The notes below the pieces were generated by a model. It was not told the DNA's origin, ran no database searches, and was given only the letters and a program-made list of their open reading frames with translations. A DNA stretch of 64,000 bases, from positions 33,418,001 to 33,482,000 of the forward strand of contig OX597828.1 in the NCBI GenBank assembly GCA_951406725.2. Direction: 5' to 3'. Positions 1 through 14,383 of the stretch are shown piece by piece. The position numbers and the translations under genes are program-made. This stretch comes from Octopus vulgaris. Its lineage: Eukaryota. The first letter of the stretch is position 1, and every line of letters begins with the position of its first letter.

Positions 1-114
1 TGTGTGTCGTAATATTCGACTTTCCAATATGATATATGTATGTGTGTATATGTGTGTGTGAATGCATATACCTATATATATTTAAATGCACTCATACACA
101 ATAAAATAAAAAAA

Positions 115-615
115 ATATTAATTTAGCTAAGGGAAATAACTCAAATAAACCAATGTCATGAATTAACATAAATGCAGTTTCCATGGATGCGGCGAATGAC
201 GTATGCAAAAACATCCCTAATGAGTTGAAGTTTTGTTCTTAGTTCAACAGAGAAAACATAAAGCTAGCAGCATTCGTTAGTGACTCACAAAGAAAAGAGA
301 AGATAATTTCACTAAATTAAGAATTGTTAAAAAAAATCGTTAAGTCACATGCTTAAAGGGAATTCTGACATTTGTTAACGTCCCTCAAGCAAGGCGCTTA
401 ATTTTTTATTTTGCTTTCATTAATTCAAATTTTTTGGCATTATCTCCCTTTTCTTCAGTGGAACACTAACGAATGCTGCAAGGTTTAGTTTTCGTTCTCC
501 AACTAGAAAGAACAAGTCTTATTCATTAGAAATCTTCTGAGTAGGTCCTTCCGCATATCCATATATATTTTATTTATTTTGGTCTTTGTTGAATTATTTC
601 CTTAAGTCCAATATT
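115..615. repeat. Old degenerate foldback / MITE-like inverted repeat, centre ~373
   Basis: GCAGCATTCGTTAGTG (267-282) is the exact reverse complement of CACTAACGAATGCTGC (464-479). Outer arms (AAGGGAAATAACTCAA / TTGAATTATTTCCTT) and inner arms (TGCTTAAAGGGA / TCCCTCAAGCA) also pair imperfectly. Confidence 0.7.
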
Positions 616-1279
616 GTTCATTATGCAAATTACAGCTCGTTAAACGTCAATCGAAGCCTTGTTTTTCTCTACATACCATATTATTTTTACCGATCAAGCG
701 AATTTGTATAATCTATGCTTAACTGACAAGCTCCAAAGAGATCATGATATCTGTTATGACAATTTAAGGTATTTAACTAATTTTGATTTAAGGAAATTGT
801 ATTCCTTTCTCGTTGGCAGCCACTAACCTATAGTATTATGTTCTTATTTCTTTCTACAACCAGTTTCAGCTTATTACAATACTTCTACGTACGATATTCA
901 GTAAATCAATACATACTATATGCATGTATGTATGTATGTATGTATGTATGTATGTATGTATGTATGTATGTATGTATTTTTTTACAAACTCTCGTGAGAA
1001 CGTGAACAATTCTTTTTGGAAGACTGGATCACGTCTAATGACATCAAGAACATATAATTCTCATTGGAAAGAACACAATTTCTAAAATAGATGAAGACCA
1101 TCAAGGGACGTTTTTTGATCCAATGTTAGAACGCCTGTCAAGGTCAAAGGAGATGTAGACTCGTGTCCCATTGGCAGTCTTTGTGGGGGGATTTCTGATC
1201 AAAAGGGATTTTTTTCAACCCACATGCTATTATTTATAGCTCTTTGTGCTTCGTGTTCCATTGTTCCAAATCTGTGTGT

Positions 1280-1361
<82 letters not shown>

Positions 1362-1879
1362 GTACATATGTATGTGTCTATATATATGAGTATGTACGTA
1401 TATATCGGGGAAGAGAGCAGAATTCAACTCATGGAGGACTTCAAATATTAATAAGCAGGTTGACTAAGCTCCATAGTACTCAAATTTCGTAGACCTAGAG
1501 AACTGGTTAATTCATCAGATATTTACGGTCAGGGCGAAGAAAAACTCAAATAGGTTCTCAGAGAGAATATTTGGAGGAAGGTGGTCAGTTCAGGCTACGC
1601 GGATATGTTAGCAAAAGGATGATTACACATAGTTCTATTTATTGTTCTATGTTGTGGCGAGGAGAACATTCCAGCGAAATCAGGCGGCTTACAAACCTGC
1701 TTCCCAATTTCGAGAATATAGTGACATCAGGTGACCGTGGAAAGAAATGGAATATATAAATGATTTCTGTCCCTCGTGGCAAGATAATTGAGCACATCGT
1801 GCCATGTTATATATCAGTACTTTAGTTACTTTACTTGGAAGTTGCTTTTCCTTTCGAGATCAGGTTGTTAAATAGTGAG

Positions 1880-1979
1880 TCATTCCTAAGGTATTTTCGA
1901 TGTTATTATTATTATTATTATCATCATCATCATCATCATCATTCAGGTCATTGACTGAAATCGAACTCAGAATATTGGG
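1880..1979 (-). mobile_element. Inverted partial copy of the tRNA-head/hammerhead SINE
   Basis: The reverse complement reads CCCAATATTCTGAGTTCGATTTCAGTCAATGACCTGAA-(TGA/TAA)n-ATCGAAAATACCTTAGGAATGA, matching the minus-strand copy at 33710-33850. It abuts the plus copy head-to-head at GGG 1977-1979. Confidence 0.75.
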
Positions 1980-2050
1980 CATATAGCGTAGTGGTTAAGA
2001 GCGCTGGCTACTAACTCCAAGATTCCGAGTTCGGAATAATAATAATAATG

Positions 2051-2159
<109 letters not shown>

Positions 2160-2175
2160 TAATAATAATAATAAT

Positions 2176-2400
2176 CAAAATACTTTCTATGTAATCTCAA
2201 GGTTTAAAACAAACAGAATTTTCGGTTTAAAAAAAAAACAACTTTTTTTTAGACATTCATTAGTACAACACCCCCACCCCCCAAATATATGGCACACTAG
2301 GCACAACAACAACATGAACTTCCAACCCTGTTGTCTCTTGAGGTCTCTGGGTGAGACTTGGAGCCAACTCGTACAAATATAAAGCAAAAGTCAAACATAG
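2176..2400 (+). mobile_element. 3' end of a non-LTR retrotransposon, probably R4/Dong-like, inserted in (AAT)n
   Basis: Flanked on both sides by (AAT)n and absent from the 33.7 kb SINE copy. It begins with codons K-I-L-S-M-stop, like the C-terminus of RLE-type ORFs. Dong elements are known to target TAA repeats. Clade assignment is from recall. Confidence 0.5.
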
Positions 2401-2427
2401 AATAATAATAATAATAATAATAATAAC

Positions 2428-2466
<39 letters not shown>

Positions 2467-2512
2467 CAACAACATACTCGAAAAATGAGAACCCAGGTTC
2501 GAAATTCCCCAA

Positions 2513-2558
2513 GACACCTGATGAAGGCTGGAGGGTATATCAGCCGAAATGTTGTGTT
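2513..2558 (+). ncRNA. Minimal type I hammerhead ribozyme motif
   Basis: GACAC-CTGATGA-A-GGCTG(gagggtatat)CAGCC-GAAA-TG-TT-GTGTT. Stem I is GACAC/GTGTT and stem II is 5 bp. Stem III is ACGT in the other copy and ATGT here, consistent with CpG decay. Confidence 0.8.
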
Positions 2559-2659
2559 AACAACAAACAAGATGAGGACAAATATCCATCAAATGTAAAT
2601 AATGTAAATAATGTTGCTGTGTATAGTTGTTTATATGGGTATCATTACCAAATGGCTTG

Positions 2660-3345
2660 TAGTTTATTACCTTTTTGGGAACAATATTATAGATAAGTTT
2701 TTGTTTTTTTGCTTTTAGGCACTGCAGGTTATAGTAGTACATGCAGTTTCTTACAGTAAAAGAATCGATAATTTTTACTTTCAGCGAGTAATTGTTAGGA
2801 GCCCTATCAATGATGTTTCATGCTTCATTTCTCGGCCCAGGATTTACCTGGTGAAGGGAACATGGAAATGGAGTTTTCCACATATCTGTACCTGAAAGCG
2901 TGAATATGTTGTATGACTCTTTCCTTAAAATCACTGGTTGTTATATTACTTATAAACCCATCAGCAGGTTTTTAGGGATATCCCTATAGGCTACAGTCTA
3001 TCCAAAGGCAGGTTTTTCAACAGTTCGCTGTTCATCCCATTCAACAATTACAAGATGGACAAGGGTAAAGAATTTGTGGGTTTGTACTTTTGTATAGAAT
3101 GGCTCTAAGTCGAAATCTAGATTATCTACGCAAAACTTGCTAACTTAAGCGATATGGTCATTAACAAGTATCCAGAAGTTCTGGATTTTGGAAATGCCCC
3201 CTAATTAGGGGAGGAATGTAGAGATACATGCAGCAATATATAGATTAAGTTGAGAATTGCGGTTGATTACCTATCCTTTGATATCCCTGGTGTGGGGATG
3301 GCGATTAATCCAGGATACTATCTTGTTAATGTCCTGTTATAATGA
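2660..3345 (-). pseudogene. Highly degraded PLE GIY-YIG endonuclease region
   Basis: Minus-strand translation gives ITTSDFKERVIQHIHAFRYRYVENS...IIDRA, which parallels the FKNRYCKHVASFK..ST motif of the 26.8 kb PLE. Many stops and frameshifts. Confidence 0.45.
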
Positions 3346-4738
3346 GCAAGAATTTGTGTGTGTGTGTGTGTGTGTGTGTGAGCAATACAGGAGACACGAA
3401 AAAGACAGGCAAAATATGAGTTGAATCTGACTGAATATTAGTGATACAGAGTGAAAAATAGGAAGAGAAGGAAAGGCACATCAAACAGTGAATGCGTGTC
3501 CTTGTGGAAAAAAAACCGAAAATTATTATAGTTTGTCTTTAACTTGACTCAATCTGCAATTGAGGCAACATGTTGTTAGAATAGCCATCAACCTATCACA
3601 TTTAATACATACGCACTTCTGATAAGCCAAGTACTGCAGTACTTGCCCTGAGATATTTCATATGGACTTTCTATATTAAAACACAGTAAATATAAGAGAG
3701 AGATGAAAATTCATCCAAGCAGTCGTTAACGAGTGCGGTAAATGCATTTCGGCTTTTTTCGGACATTTTCATTGACGTGTACTCGCAGCCAGCCACATAC
3801 TCGGACGAGAACCCGCGTCTTTTCTTATACAGGAAAACAGTGAATAATGCATTCACTGGTGTTACGATCTTTAATCAGCCACGCAGTTGTTCTCAACATC
3901 AACGAATGTTTTATCTTATATCAGAGAAGACGACTTCGGCTCCGGGTTAGTGGATCGCTGCGACTACGCACCACTAACAAAGCCCAAAATGGCCAAAATG
4001 TATCTAGGTCTCTTGTTGGCCGCTGCTGAAATGAATTTTTGCATCTCTCTCTCTTTCCCCTTTTCTCGCTTCCTCTCTCTCTCTCTCCGTCCCCCCCTCT
4101 CTCTCTCTCTCTCTTTGATATTTATTGTGTTTGTAACACAAGTCCATAAGGTCTGTTATCGCATGGAACACACTGTAGTAACTGATCTATCAACAGTATA
4201 TGTATGCATCAAGTAAATACATAGATAGCTATTTCAATCTCCAATTTATTGAAATCGTGCCCCTTTTACGTTGTAAGAAATGTCCCTTGCTGTGTTTTCT
4301 CTCACCAGCTAGATGGAAAATTACCATATAATAGGAAATTTATGTGCGCGGTATTCAACACATTCATACTTATATATATATACGATTTACTCATATATAC
4401 ATGCAAATATGTATAAGTAGTGGGTGCATATGCATGTATATATTAACACACATATTGTGATGTTGACAGAATGGATGTTTTAATATATCAACATCAATAT
4501 CTAAAGGAAAAATTAGGTATTAGTTAAATGATTGAACCACAATCATAGAAAAGGAGGAAAAACGACAGGTGAGATATGAGATGATAAGATCGAGTAAGAA
4601 CGCGAGTAAGTGCAATCGAAAGTGAGAGAAAGTTTGTGTAAGTGAAAGATAGCGGAAATCGATAGCCAATATCTAGAAACATTGACAACTAAGAAAGTAA
4701 CGCAAATACAGTGTTGTTGAATACACACATATGTACAT

Positions 4739-4791
<53 letters not shown>

Positions 4792-4921
4792 TAGAGAGAT
4801 ATATATACAAATAAATACATACATTTACATACATGTATATATGTGCGTTGTGTATTTTACACACACGTATCCGTATATATATAGAAATATATGTGTATAA
4901 ATATATAATTTGTAATATATA

Positions 4922-4957
<36 letters not shown>

Positions 4958-6524
4958 TGTATGTATGTATGTATGTATGTATGTATAGGTATATAGATAT
5001 ATGTGTGTAATATATCTATGTAAATAACTAGGTACACATATATGTGCACTCGTGAGTGAGTATTCTATACGAAAATAAAACTGCAGTTTGTAGTATATGA
5101 GAGAAACTATTCGAAAATACTTAAACGTTTGATTGCTTAACATACACCACATCGAACTTGACTGGTTTTCAGAAAAATTGAGCTAGAAAATTCATGATTC
5201 CTATGTACATTGGTATCTGCAGAAATATAATGTTTTCTGTCTCTTCTGTGCTAATTGTATAATTCACAGTATGAGACCAATTTTCCGAGATACAGGAAGT
5301 CCTTTATCTAAGAAATATAATTGTTTGCCAGTTGACGGTATCAATAAACTAGTGATGGAAAATTAACAAATTCCGAACTACTGTTTAAAATGTAAACACT
5401 GCAACATAATGATATATTCCTCTGAGAGTCAGTAATCGTTCTGTCGGTGACATTTGTGTAGCAAAATTTGTGTTTCACAATGAAACAAACATTAACTCTT
5501 AACAATTCTGTGTTTAGATACCACATATATTTGGACATTAAAGCAGTAAGTTGCAATGCAGTAAGTATGTACCTGCATATTTCGTTCCAAATTTTTAATA
5601 TCAGCGCCGGAAATAAGAGTATGCTCCTAGATGTTGGGTGATACCCACAACTTACCTGTTAAAAAGTCGAGTCGTCGTAAAATAATAAAAGCGGACAAGA
5701 GACGGAATATATTATAAATGTCCTAAACGTTTCTTGGACAAATTTTAGCGATATTATGATGTCGCAATGACAAGGGGTTAAATAATTTTAAATTCATTTC
5801 ACTACACGAATGATACTTGAAATGAATTTACACGTCTCATTGTTTTTCAAACATAATGAATACATGAGAATGTTATATATGTACTTGTAATATTTCAACG
5901 TTTCGTATGAGTTTTCACGTCATTTTGGTGGTTATTTCTAGTAGGCCAAGCAATCAAATAGACGCATACCGTCAGTGGTAGTGTTTTTGTGTTGATCTGC
6001 CAAAAATATATTCTAAATAAATTCTAAATTATTTCATCATGCCTCCTCTAAATACTAATGATGATTGGTATAGATAATAATACCACAAAACCGAAATTTA
6101 TATTCAATGAAAATGTCAGATGTGTTTCTTTCACAATGAGATATTCAAAACAACGCGGTGTAATAACACTAAATAATTTGAAAGGTCAACCGCACTTGAC
6201 ATTAATCAAGAGAACTGTTCAAAAATTCGCAAGTCCAGTTTCATTTATAACAGGAGCTATACGACCAGCATTCTAATACATCGTGTGTATATATATATAT
6301 ATATATATCATTTTGGTATTGTGATATTATATATTTATATATATAGGTATTAATATATTTATGTGTGTAGTCATCTAAATATATATATGTATATGTGAGT
6401 GTGTGTATATATACATATATATGTACAAATACACAAATATAAACGCGCGTGCTCACGCATAGTCGCTGTCTCTCTCACTCACACACATACACATACAAAC
6501 ATACACACACACGCACGCACACAC

Positions 6525-6566
<42 letters not shown>

Positions 6567-6705
6567 GAATTTGTTTTGAGGTTTAAAAAGGCACCTGAAT
6601 CTCAAAACGTGGAGTCGATTTTAAAATTTGTAATAGATTTATTCAAATACCAAACCGCTTTTTTCAAGTTTTTGTTTAAAGTGAGAACGAGAGAGAGGGA
6701 AGGAG

Positions 6706-6856
<151 letters not shown>

Positions 6857-6889
6857 CATACATACAGACAGACAGACAGACAGACAGAC

Positions 6890-6932
<43 letters not shown>

Positions 6933-7736
6933 CATACATACATACATACATACATACATACATACATACATACATACATACATAAATACATACATACATA
7001 CATACATAAGAAGGAGAGAGAACGGAGAGAGATGATCGGAACTGAAGAAAAAAACCTGAGTGTAGCTCAATATGGTGGTTTAAAAAGAAGAAAAGAAAGA
7101 AACAAACAAACAAACAGACAAACAGATAAACAAAGGGTATGAGGACAGAAGAAAGGAAAAGAGCAACGATTATGTTAACGGTGGGTTATGTTTGAAATTG
7201 TGCACGTGCTTAAATCAATATTTATAAGTTGGCCTAGAGTTTAAGGTAACAATATTAAATTTTGAAGTTGTAAAACGAGAGAGAAATTAGAAAAAATAAA
7301 AATACTGGAATGGTTTATATGGAACCACATCTACCTTGTGGCAATGTCTGAACTTGCAAATGCACAATCAATGTGTATATATGATTGTATGTATGTGTAA
7401 TTGTTTGTATGTATAGTTATTCGTATGCTTAATTGTGTGTGTGTTTATGTAGCTGAGTGTGTGTGTAGATGCGTGTAGTCTATACTCTTGTTCAAACCCC
7501 ATTCTTTAAACTCTTGTCCAAATTGTTTAAACCAAGTTGTTATGATAAAGAACTCCGTGATTAGTCTATCATAATTAATCGACGCAGTTTAAACTTTGTA
7601 ATCACTCTAGGTTATTAAACATCACGAATTTTGTTATTTATGTAGGTTGATGATTTATTTTTTTCTTTGTATTTTATCATTGATTTATGTTTTTCTTTGT
7701 TTGTGCCTATTTTATTTCACGGTAATTCTAATTTTG

Positions 7737-7780
<44 letters not shown>

Positions 7781-8418
7781 TGTATGCATGTATGTATGTA
7801 TATATATATATATATACACATATATATATATATCTATATGCATATATATATATATGTAGGGGGGTATGTATGTATGTTTGTAAGTACGTATGTATGTGTG
7901 TATGTGTGTATGTATGTATGTGTGTATGTATGAATGTATGTACGTATGTAGGTATGTGTGTATGTATGAATGTATGTATGTGTGCAGTATGTATGTATTA
8001 TGTATGTGTGAATGTATGTCTTTATATGTGCGAGTATTTGTATGTATGTGCATATGTATGTATGTGTATGTATATACGGATATGTGTATGTATGTCTTGA
8101 GGCGGACGTTGATGATGGTAGAATTGAGAGTGTGATATGTTAAATGTCTCGCGGTATAGGAATTATTTACGTTTCTCTGCATTCATTATATAACGGTAAC
8201 TGATTTACCAGCTATGTGTGTGTGTGTGTGTGTGTGTGTGTAGTGTTTTGCGTGTATGTGTGTGTGATTTAGTAAGCAAAATTGAATGTTTAAGTTCGAA
8301 CACTTCTGACGTCAAATTTCCGACTCGTCCTTCTTGATATAATGAAATTGAAGAATTAATCGATAACTGAAGAACCTCCATTCATCTACTGCGTAAATCT
8401 CAAATGAATATAAAAAAA

Positions 8419-8630
8419 CTTTTATTCTTTCATTCATTCATTTGTTTCAGTCATTTGACTGCAGCCATGCTGGAGCACCGCCTTTAGTCGAACAAATCGA
8501 CCTCAGGACTTATTCTTTGTAAGCCTACTACTTAATCTATGGTTCTCTTTTGCCGGATCGCTAAGTTACAGGGACGTAAACACACCAACATCGGTTGTCA
8601 AACGATGATGGGGGATCAAGCACACAAACA
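8419..8630 (-). mobile_element. tRNA-derived SINE family A, 3' part
   Basis: TTGTTTCAGTCATTTGACTGCAGCCATGCTGGAGCACCGCCTTTAGTCG... matches copies at 21376, 30928 and 61365. Confidence 0.85.
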
Positions 8631-8638
8631 TATATATC

Positions 8639-8672
<34 letters not shown>

Positions 8673-8677
8673 ATCAC

Positions 8678-9470
8678 AAATAAGGGTGAAAAATTGGATA
8701 TTAATTTAATAATGCCATCAATTTAATAATACCATCAATGGCTTAGCGCATAAAAACCAGGGTTACAATAAAAAAATTAATAGTTGCCGATGGATCTTTC
8801 TTCTTATTCTTAAGGTGTTCGGTTTCACCAATCAAATTTTTGGTGCACCCGTTGCATTTATTGGCTTATATTAAGTGTTTTTCATAGTGAAAACGTGTCC
8901 CGATTTATATAAGTGAGTTGTCCTTAATAAGGTTGGTACAAGTTCTACGATAAGAGCGGTCAAACTTTTAACTGTTCGAGTTGAGTCTGTAGTTGATATT
9001 TTAGCGCTTGTAAGTAGGTTTTTTTTAGGGATTTTGGTTACCTTTTGAATTTGGTTATTTCATATATTTCAAGTGCCTTTTTCATTCTTGAATCTTGGCT
9101 CAATAATAGTATTGATAAATGATGCCGAATGTTTCTGTGTTTCGTGGGTAATAAGTAGTAATTAAAGATAGAGATTTAGATACATCTAAACTGGTCTTGA
9201 CTTTTTGTAATTCTTTAATATCTACAGCTTTTGCACGCTCTATGCTATTCTCTATTAGAACATACGGGTTCTTTCTTTCAAGTATTGCTTGTTTTAATTC
9301 CAGAGCACTAGTGAGACATTTCTTAGGGGAATAATTGTGAAAATCGAAAATAAGGAACGCGATGTTTCTCATGGGAAGAATCTGTGGACATTGAAAATAA
9401 GACATGTTAAATAAACATAAGATAGCTTTAAACAAGTGATACTTGTCCAACGTCAGAGCAAAGAACGAAG
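8678..9470 (-). pseudogene. PLE fragment: RT-EN linker, GIY-YIG start and 3' tail
   Basis: IENSIERAKAVDIKEL...LITTYYPRN, then CTNLIKD...LI*ANKCNGCTKNLIGETEHLK (GIY-YIG pattern). The tail TTTTCACCCTTATT is shared with the 30.9 kb element end. Confidence 0.7.
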
Positions 9471-9537
9471 AATTATATGGAGGTAAACGTTACTCTCCTC
9501 TCAAAACTAAAGACGGTAGTGATTTCCTTAATACGGA

Positions 9538-9890
9538 GGCGCATGGCTTAGTGACTAGGATGTTGGACTCATGGTCGTGAGGTTGTGATTTCGATTCCTA
9601 GCCCGGGTGATGCGTTGTGTTCTTGCGCAAAACACTTCATTTCACGTTGCTCCAGTCCACTCAGCTGCGAAAAATTAGTAATCCTGCGACGGACCGATGT
9701 CCTGTCCAGTGGGGAATATATACACAGAAAGACCGGGAAACAGGCACTATGTTCCTTACAGAGTTAAGGAGACTGATCTGTTTGTTTATTCATCGGTTGG
9801 GAAACCAAAACCACGGTACCAAACTCTATCAGGCGTTTTTCTTCATAAACCAGGACCGACATCTTAGGAGAGTTAAAATATAAAAATATT
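9538..9890 (+). mobile_element. tRNA-derived SINE family C
   Basis: GGCGCATGGCTTAGTG (A box), TTCGATTCC (B box), then CACGTTGCTCCAGTCCACTCAGCTG. Similar to 18862, 29392 and 44820. Confidence 0.8.
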
Positions 9891-9893
9891 AAT

Positions 9894-9924
<31 letters not shown>

Positions 9925-9955
9925 ATCATTATCATCAGTAGTAGTATAATAGTAA

Positions 9956-10021
<66 letters not shown>

Positions 10022-10152
10022 CAGCAGCAGCAGTAGCAGCAACAGTAGGTTAGTGAGTAATAATAGTAGGTTTCTGGCCCAACCATTTTGGCGTAGCGTA
10101 TTTGATGTCACTGATTCGACAGCATTATCTTGTTTGCATCTAACGTTTCAAC

Positions 10153-10218
<66 letters not shown>

Positions 10219-10219
10219 T

Positions 10220-10254
<35 letters not shown>

Positions 10255-10659
10255 CAATCACTCTCTGTGTCTTTCTCTCTCTATCTATCTATCTATCTAT
10301 CTCTTTCTCTCTTTCCGTTTATATCTGTGAATATATTTCTCTTTCTATGTATGAGGTGAGAGAAAGTGCTTATGTCAATCGTGTTCAAATATTAAATCGT
10401 AATATCTCTCTGTCTTTCTCCCCCTCTCTGTATGGATATATTTCTGCATATGTGTGTGTGAGAGAGAATTTGTGTGTGCGTGTGTGTGTGTGTATTTGTG
10501 CCTGTGTCTGTGTGGGTGTGTGTCCATGAGTATATTTGCGTCCAGCCCCGAAAACGCACTGTCAACAAAAGACGCTGAACATCCAATCAGCATCCAGATA
10601 ACTACACCCAGTAACATCATCCCGACTAAATATAGCAGCCAAGCTTCCTCCAATATTGG

Positions 10660-10862
10660 TCTCGAATTTTGGTACAAGGCCAACAATTTTCGGGGATGGG
10701 TCTAAGTTGATTATGTCAACCCTCCAGTGTTCAACTGGTACTTATTTTATCGACTCAGAAAAGATGAAAAGTAAATTTCACTCATGCGTTGTTTGAACTC
10801 AGAAAGTAAGGACGGACGAAACGCCGCTAAACATTTTTCTTCGACGTATTAACGATATTGCC
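10660..10862 (-). mobile_element. tRNA-derived SINE family B, degraded
   Basis: ACTGGTACTTATTTTATCGAC...GATGAAA...TTTGAACTCAGAA matches 33880-34110. Confidence 0.7.
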
Positions 10863-11251
10863 ATAATATCTACAGCATGAAAGAAAGGATTCATTAGACA
10901 GCGTAATCCCTGAACACACAAAGCACCAAAATGTCCTAAGATTTAATGTGTCTAATCATAAATCTTCTTGATCAGGACTAACCCGGGGTTAAACAACGAC
11001 TGAGATCAAACCTCATAGACGAAGAACAAAGGAACGTTTTTTTTTTTCCTTATATCTTTGTATACGATTGTGAAATATTAGTTGTGTCAGGTAACAAACT
11101 CAACACCAATTTGATGTCAGTCGAAATGTCATTTTCTCTACTGATGAGCTCAATTGCTGTATATAGACTACAATTTCATATAACTAACCTTGACGTTTGA
11201 AACGCTGACTTCCATATATTTCTATCAATCTATATATATAGAGAGATAGAT

Positions 11252-11286
<35 letters not shown>

Positions 11287-11462
11287 TAGATATAGATATA
11301 GATATAGATACAGAGACAGGCAGGCAGACAGGCAAACAGAGATAGACAGACAGACGGACAGACAGATATATATAGAGATAGAGAGAAATATAGATAGATA
11401 TATTGATAGACAGAGAGGCAAACAGACAGACAGATAGATAGATATTTATGTAGCTATTAATG

Positions 11463-11519
<57 letters not shown>

Positions 11520-11577
11520 TATATATATATATATATATGCATATATGTATATATATATGCATATACATATATATATA

Positions 11578-11674
<97 letters not shown>

Positions 11675-11943
11675 CCGTATCTATATACATATCATATACA
11701 TATATTATGAATATAAAGATGTATAATGCATTTATACATAAAAATGTTAAATACATTTTGTCCGCACATACACATACATATTCATAAATATTAGTTGGAT
11801 TTCAATACATACACACACACACACATGCACATATATATATATGTACGTATATGCACATACATATACATATGTATAAAAATGTAGATGTATATATATATAT
11901 ATATATATATGAATATATATGTACATGTACGCACACACACGCA

Positions 11944-12000
<57 letters not shown>

Positions 12001-12211
12001 TTGTGTTTTAACGAACTGGAGAAAAACTACTACATATCGTTGTAGAATACAATAATTTATTCGAAATACTGTACACTGTGTGTAGACATAAGCATATATA
12101 CACACTCATATGAATAAGTGTGTGTATGTGTGTGTGTATGCATAGCTTATTCGGTATGCATATACATACGCAAGAATATATATATATATGTCAACACACA
12201 CACACAGATAC

Positions 12212-12249
<38 letters not shown>

Positions 12250-12360
12250 CGTATATATGTTTGTATGTATGCATACATGCATTTATGCATGTATGCATGT
12301 ATATATATATATATATATATATATTTGTTAACAAGTCGTTCAACTCCATTCTTTCATAAA

Positions 12361-12405
<45 letters not shown>

Positions 12406-13108
12406 CTCCTATTACTTCTCCCACAGACAAGTTACTAGTAATAGCTGTTTCCTAACTTATTCTGTACCGTTTCTCTTTCTCTTTCTCTTTTTCTTTTTCT
12501 TTTTTTTTTTTTCTTATGGCACGGGAAATTTCTGCAGTCAGAACCAACCTGAAGTTTTTTTTTAAAAAATGATAAAGAAAAAAAAAAAACAATACATATA
12601 AAAATACCACATAATATATAAAAAAATAAAATAAAATAAAATGATGATGATGATGATATCTCGTCATCATGCACACCTAATATAATTGACAAAGACGTTA
12701 TGGAAAATTAACAAACATTTGACTGATGACAGTCAAATGTCAGACAAGCTGCTTTGTTTTTGCATTTTTGTTGAGGCTATTTTTTTGTATTGCTATTGTT
12801 ATTCCATCATATTTTCGTCGTTATTATTCTTATTATTTCATATTATTTTTAGACTTGTTCGTTTTGTAAATTTGTTGTGTCTTTTTTTTTTTTTTTGGTG
12901 GGGGGGGTCGCTTTATTTATTTATTTTTTTGTTTTGTTTTTTTTTTGCTGTTGCTTTCCTTTGTATTGTTCTTTGTTTCCTTTTTTCTCTCCCTTTCCAC
13001 TATCCGATTCTCTCTGACTGGTTTATTTGATCCTTCTCTCTCTTACTCCTTCCCTCTGCTCTCCCCATCTCTCCCTCGCTCTCCGTTATACACATACACA
13101 CACTCCGT

Positions 13109-13188
<80 letters not shown>

Positions 13189-13465
13189 TATATACATATA
13201 TATATATATATACACACATATATATATATGTATATATATATATAACATATATATATATATATTATATATGTATGTATGTATTTATATATGTGTATATATA
13301 TAAATATATATATATATGTATATAATCATATATGTATATGTATATAAATATATGCGTGTGCATACATGTACGCGCATATGTTTATGCATATATCATATTG
13401 TCTTTCCATTTTCCCCCTCTCTCACTCTGTCTCTCCCTCCTCTCTACCGCTCACATCCTCAATGC

Positions 13466-13496
<31 letters not shown>

Positions 13497-14121
13497 CTCA
13501 CACATAATCATGATTATGCATATGTGTTTATGCATTTGTATATGCGTCTATATCATATTGTCTTTCCATTTCTCCTCTCTCTTCACTCTATCTCTTTTTC
13601 TCTCTCTGACTCTGTGGCTCTCTGTTTTCTCTCTCTCTCACTCTCTCTTACTCTCTATATTTTTTCTGTCTTTCTAGCCATTTTCTTTTCATTTTTATTC
13701 TTTCTACGCTCACTTCTTTCTCATTTATTACACCGCACGTCTAATCTCAAGCTACTAATATTCATCAAAAGCAGCTAGAAGCCAATTTAGCGTTGTTCAT
13801 TTATCATCATACCCTTTCATTATTGCTCCCACTCACACATTATATCTTCGTTTTTTCTATTCTCATGCCCTCTCTAAATCTGTTTTACTTTTTATGTCCT
13901 TCATATTATGCTAAACTGCCTGCTGCTATTCTCTCTATCTTAACATTCTATCTAACTGTCTATTTATCTGTCTATCTATCACTCATTTATTCACTATCTT
14001 ATATATCTATATGTCTATGTCTAATGCATTCGCCATGTTGCTCTATCCGTTGATATCAATGACAATCTCTCTCTCTTTCTCTCTCTGTTTTTGCATCTAC
14101 TGTCTGCCTCTATGGCTCTGC

Positions 14122-14169
<48 letters not shown>

Positions 14170-14241
14170 GCTTGCTAGCTCTCCCTCTCTCACTCTATGT
14201 ATATATCTGTGTGTTTATATATGTAATTTTGAATGTGACGG

Positions 14242-14293
<52 letters not shown>

Positions 14294-14348
14294 TATATAT
14301 GTATATATATACATATACATATATACATATATATACATACATATACAC

Positions 14349-14383
<35 letters not shown>

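Noticed and set aside
1480-1525. Minus-strand CTGATGA...GAAA spacing
   Set aside because: Stem II pairs poorly and there is no stem I.
1977-2033. tRNA gene candidates here and at the SINE A, B and C heads
   Set aside because: A and B boxes are present but there is no complete cloverleaf, and each runs into a repeated SINE body.
11135-11212. CTCTA-CTGATGA-GCTC ... GAAACGC hammerhead-like start
   Set aside because: No convincing stem II closure or stem I partner; at best a decayed fragment.
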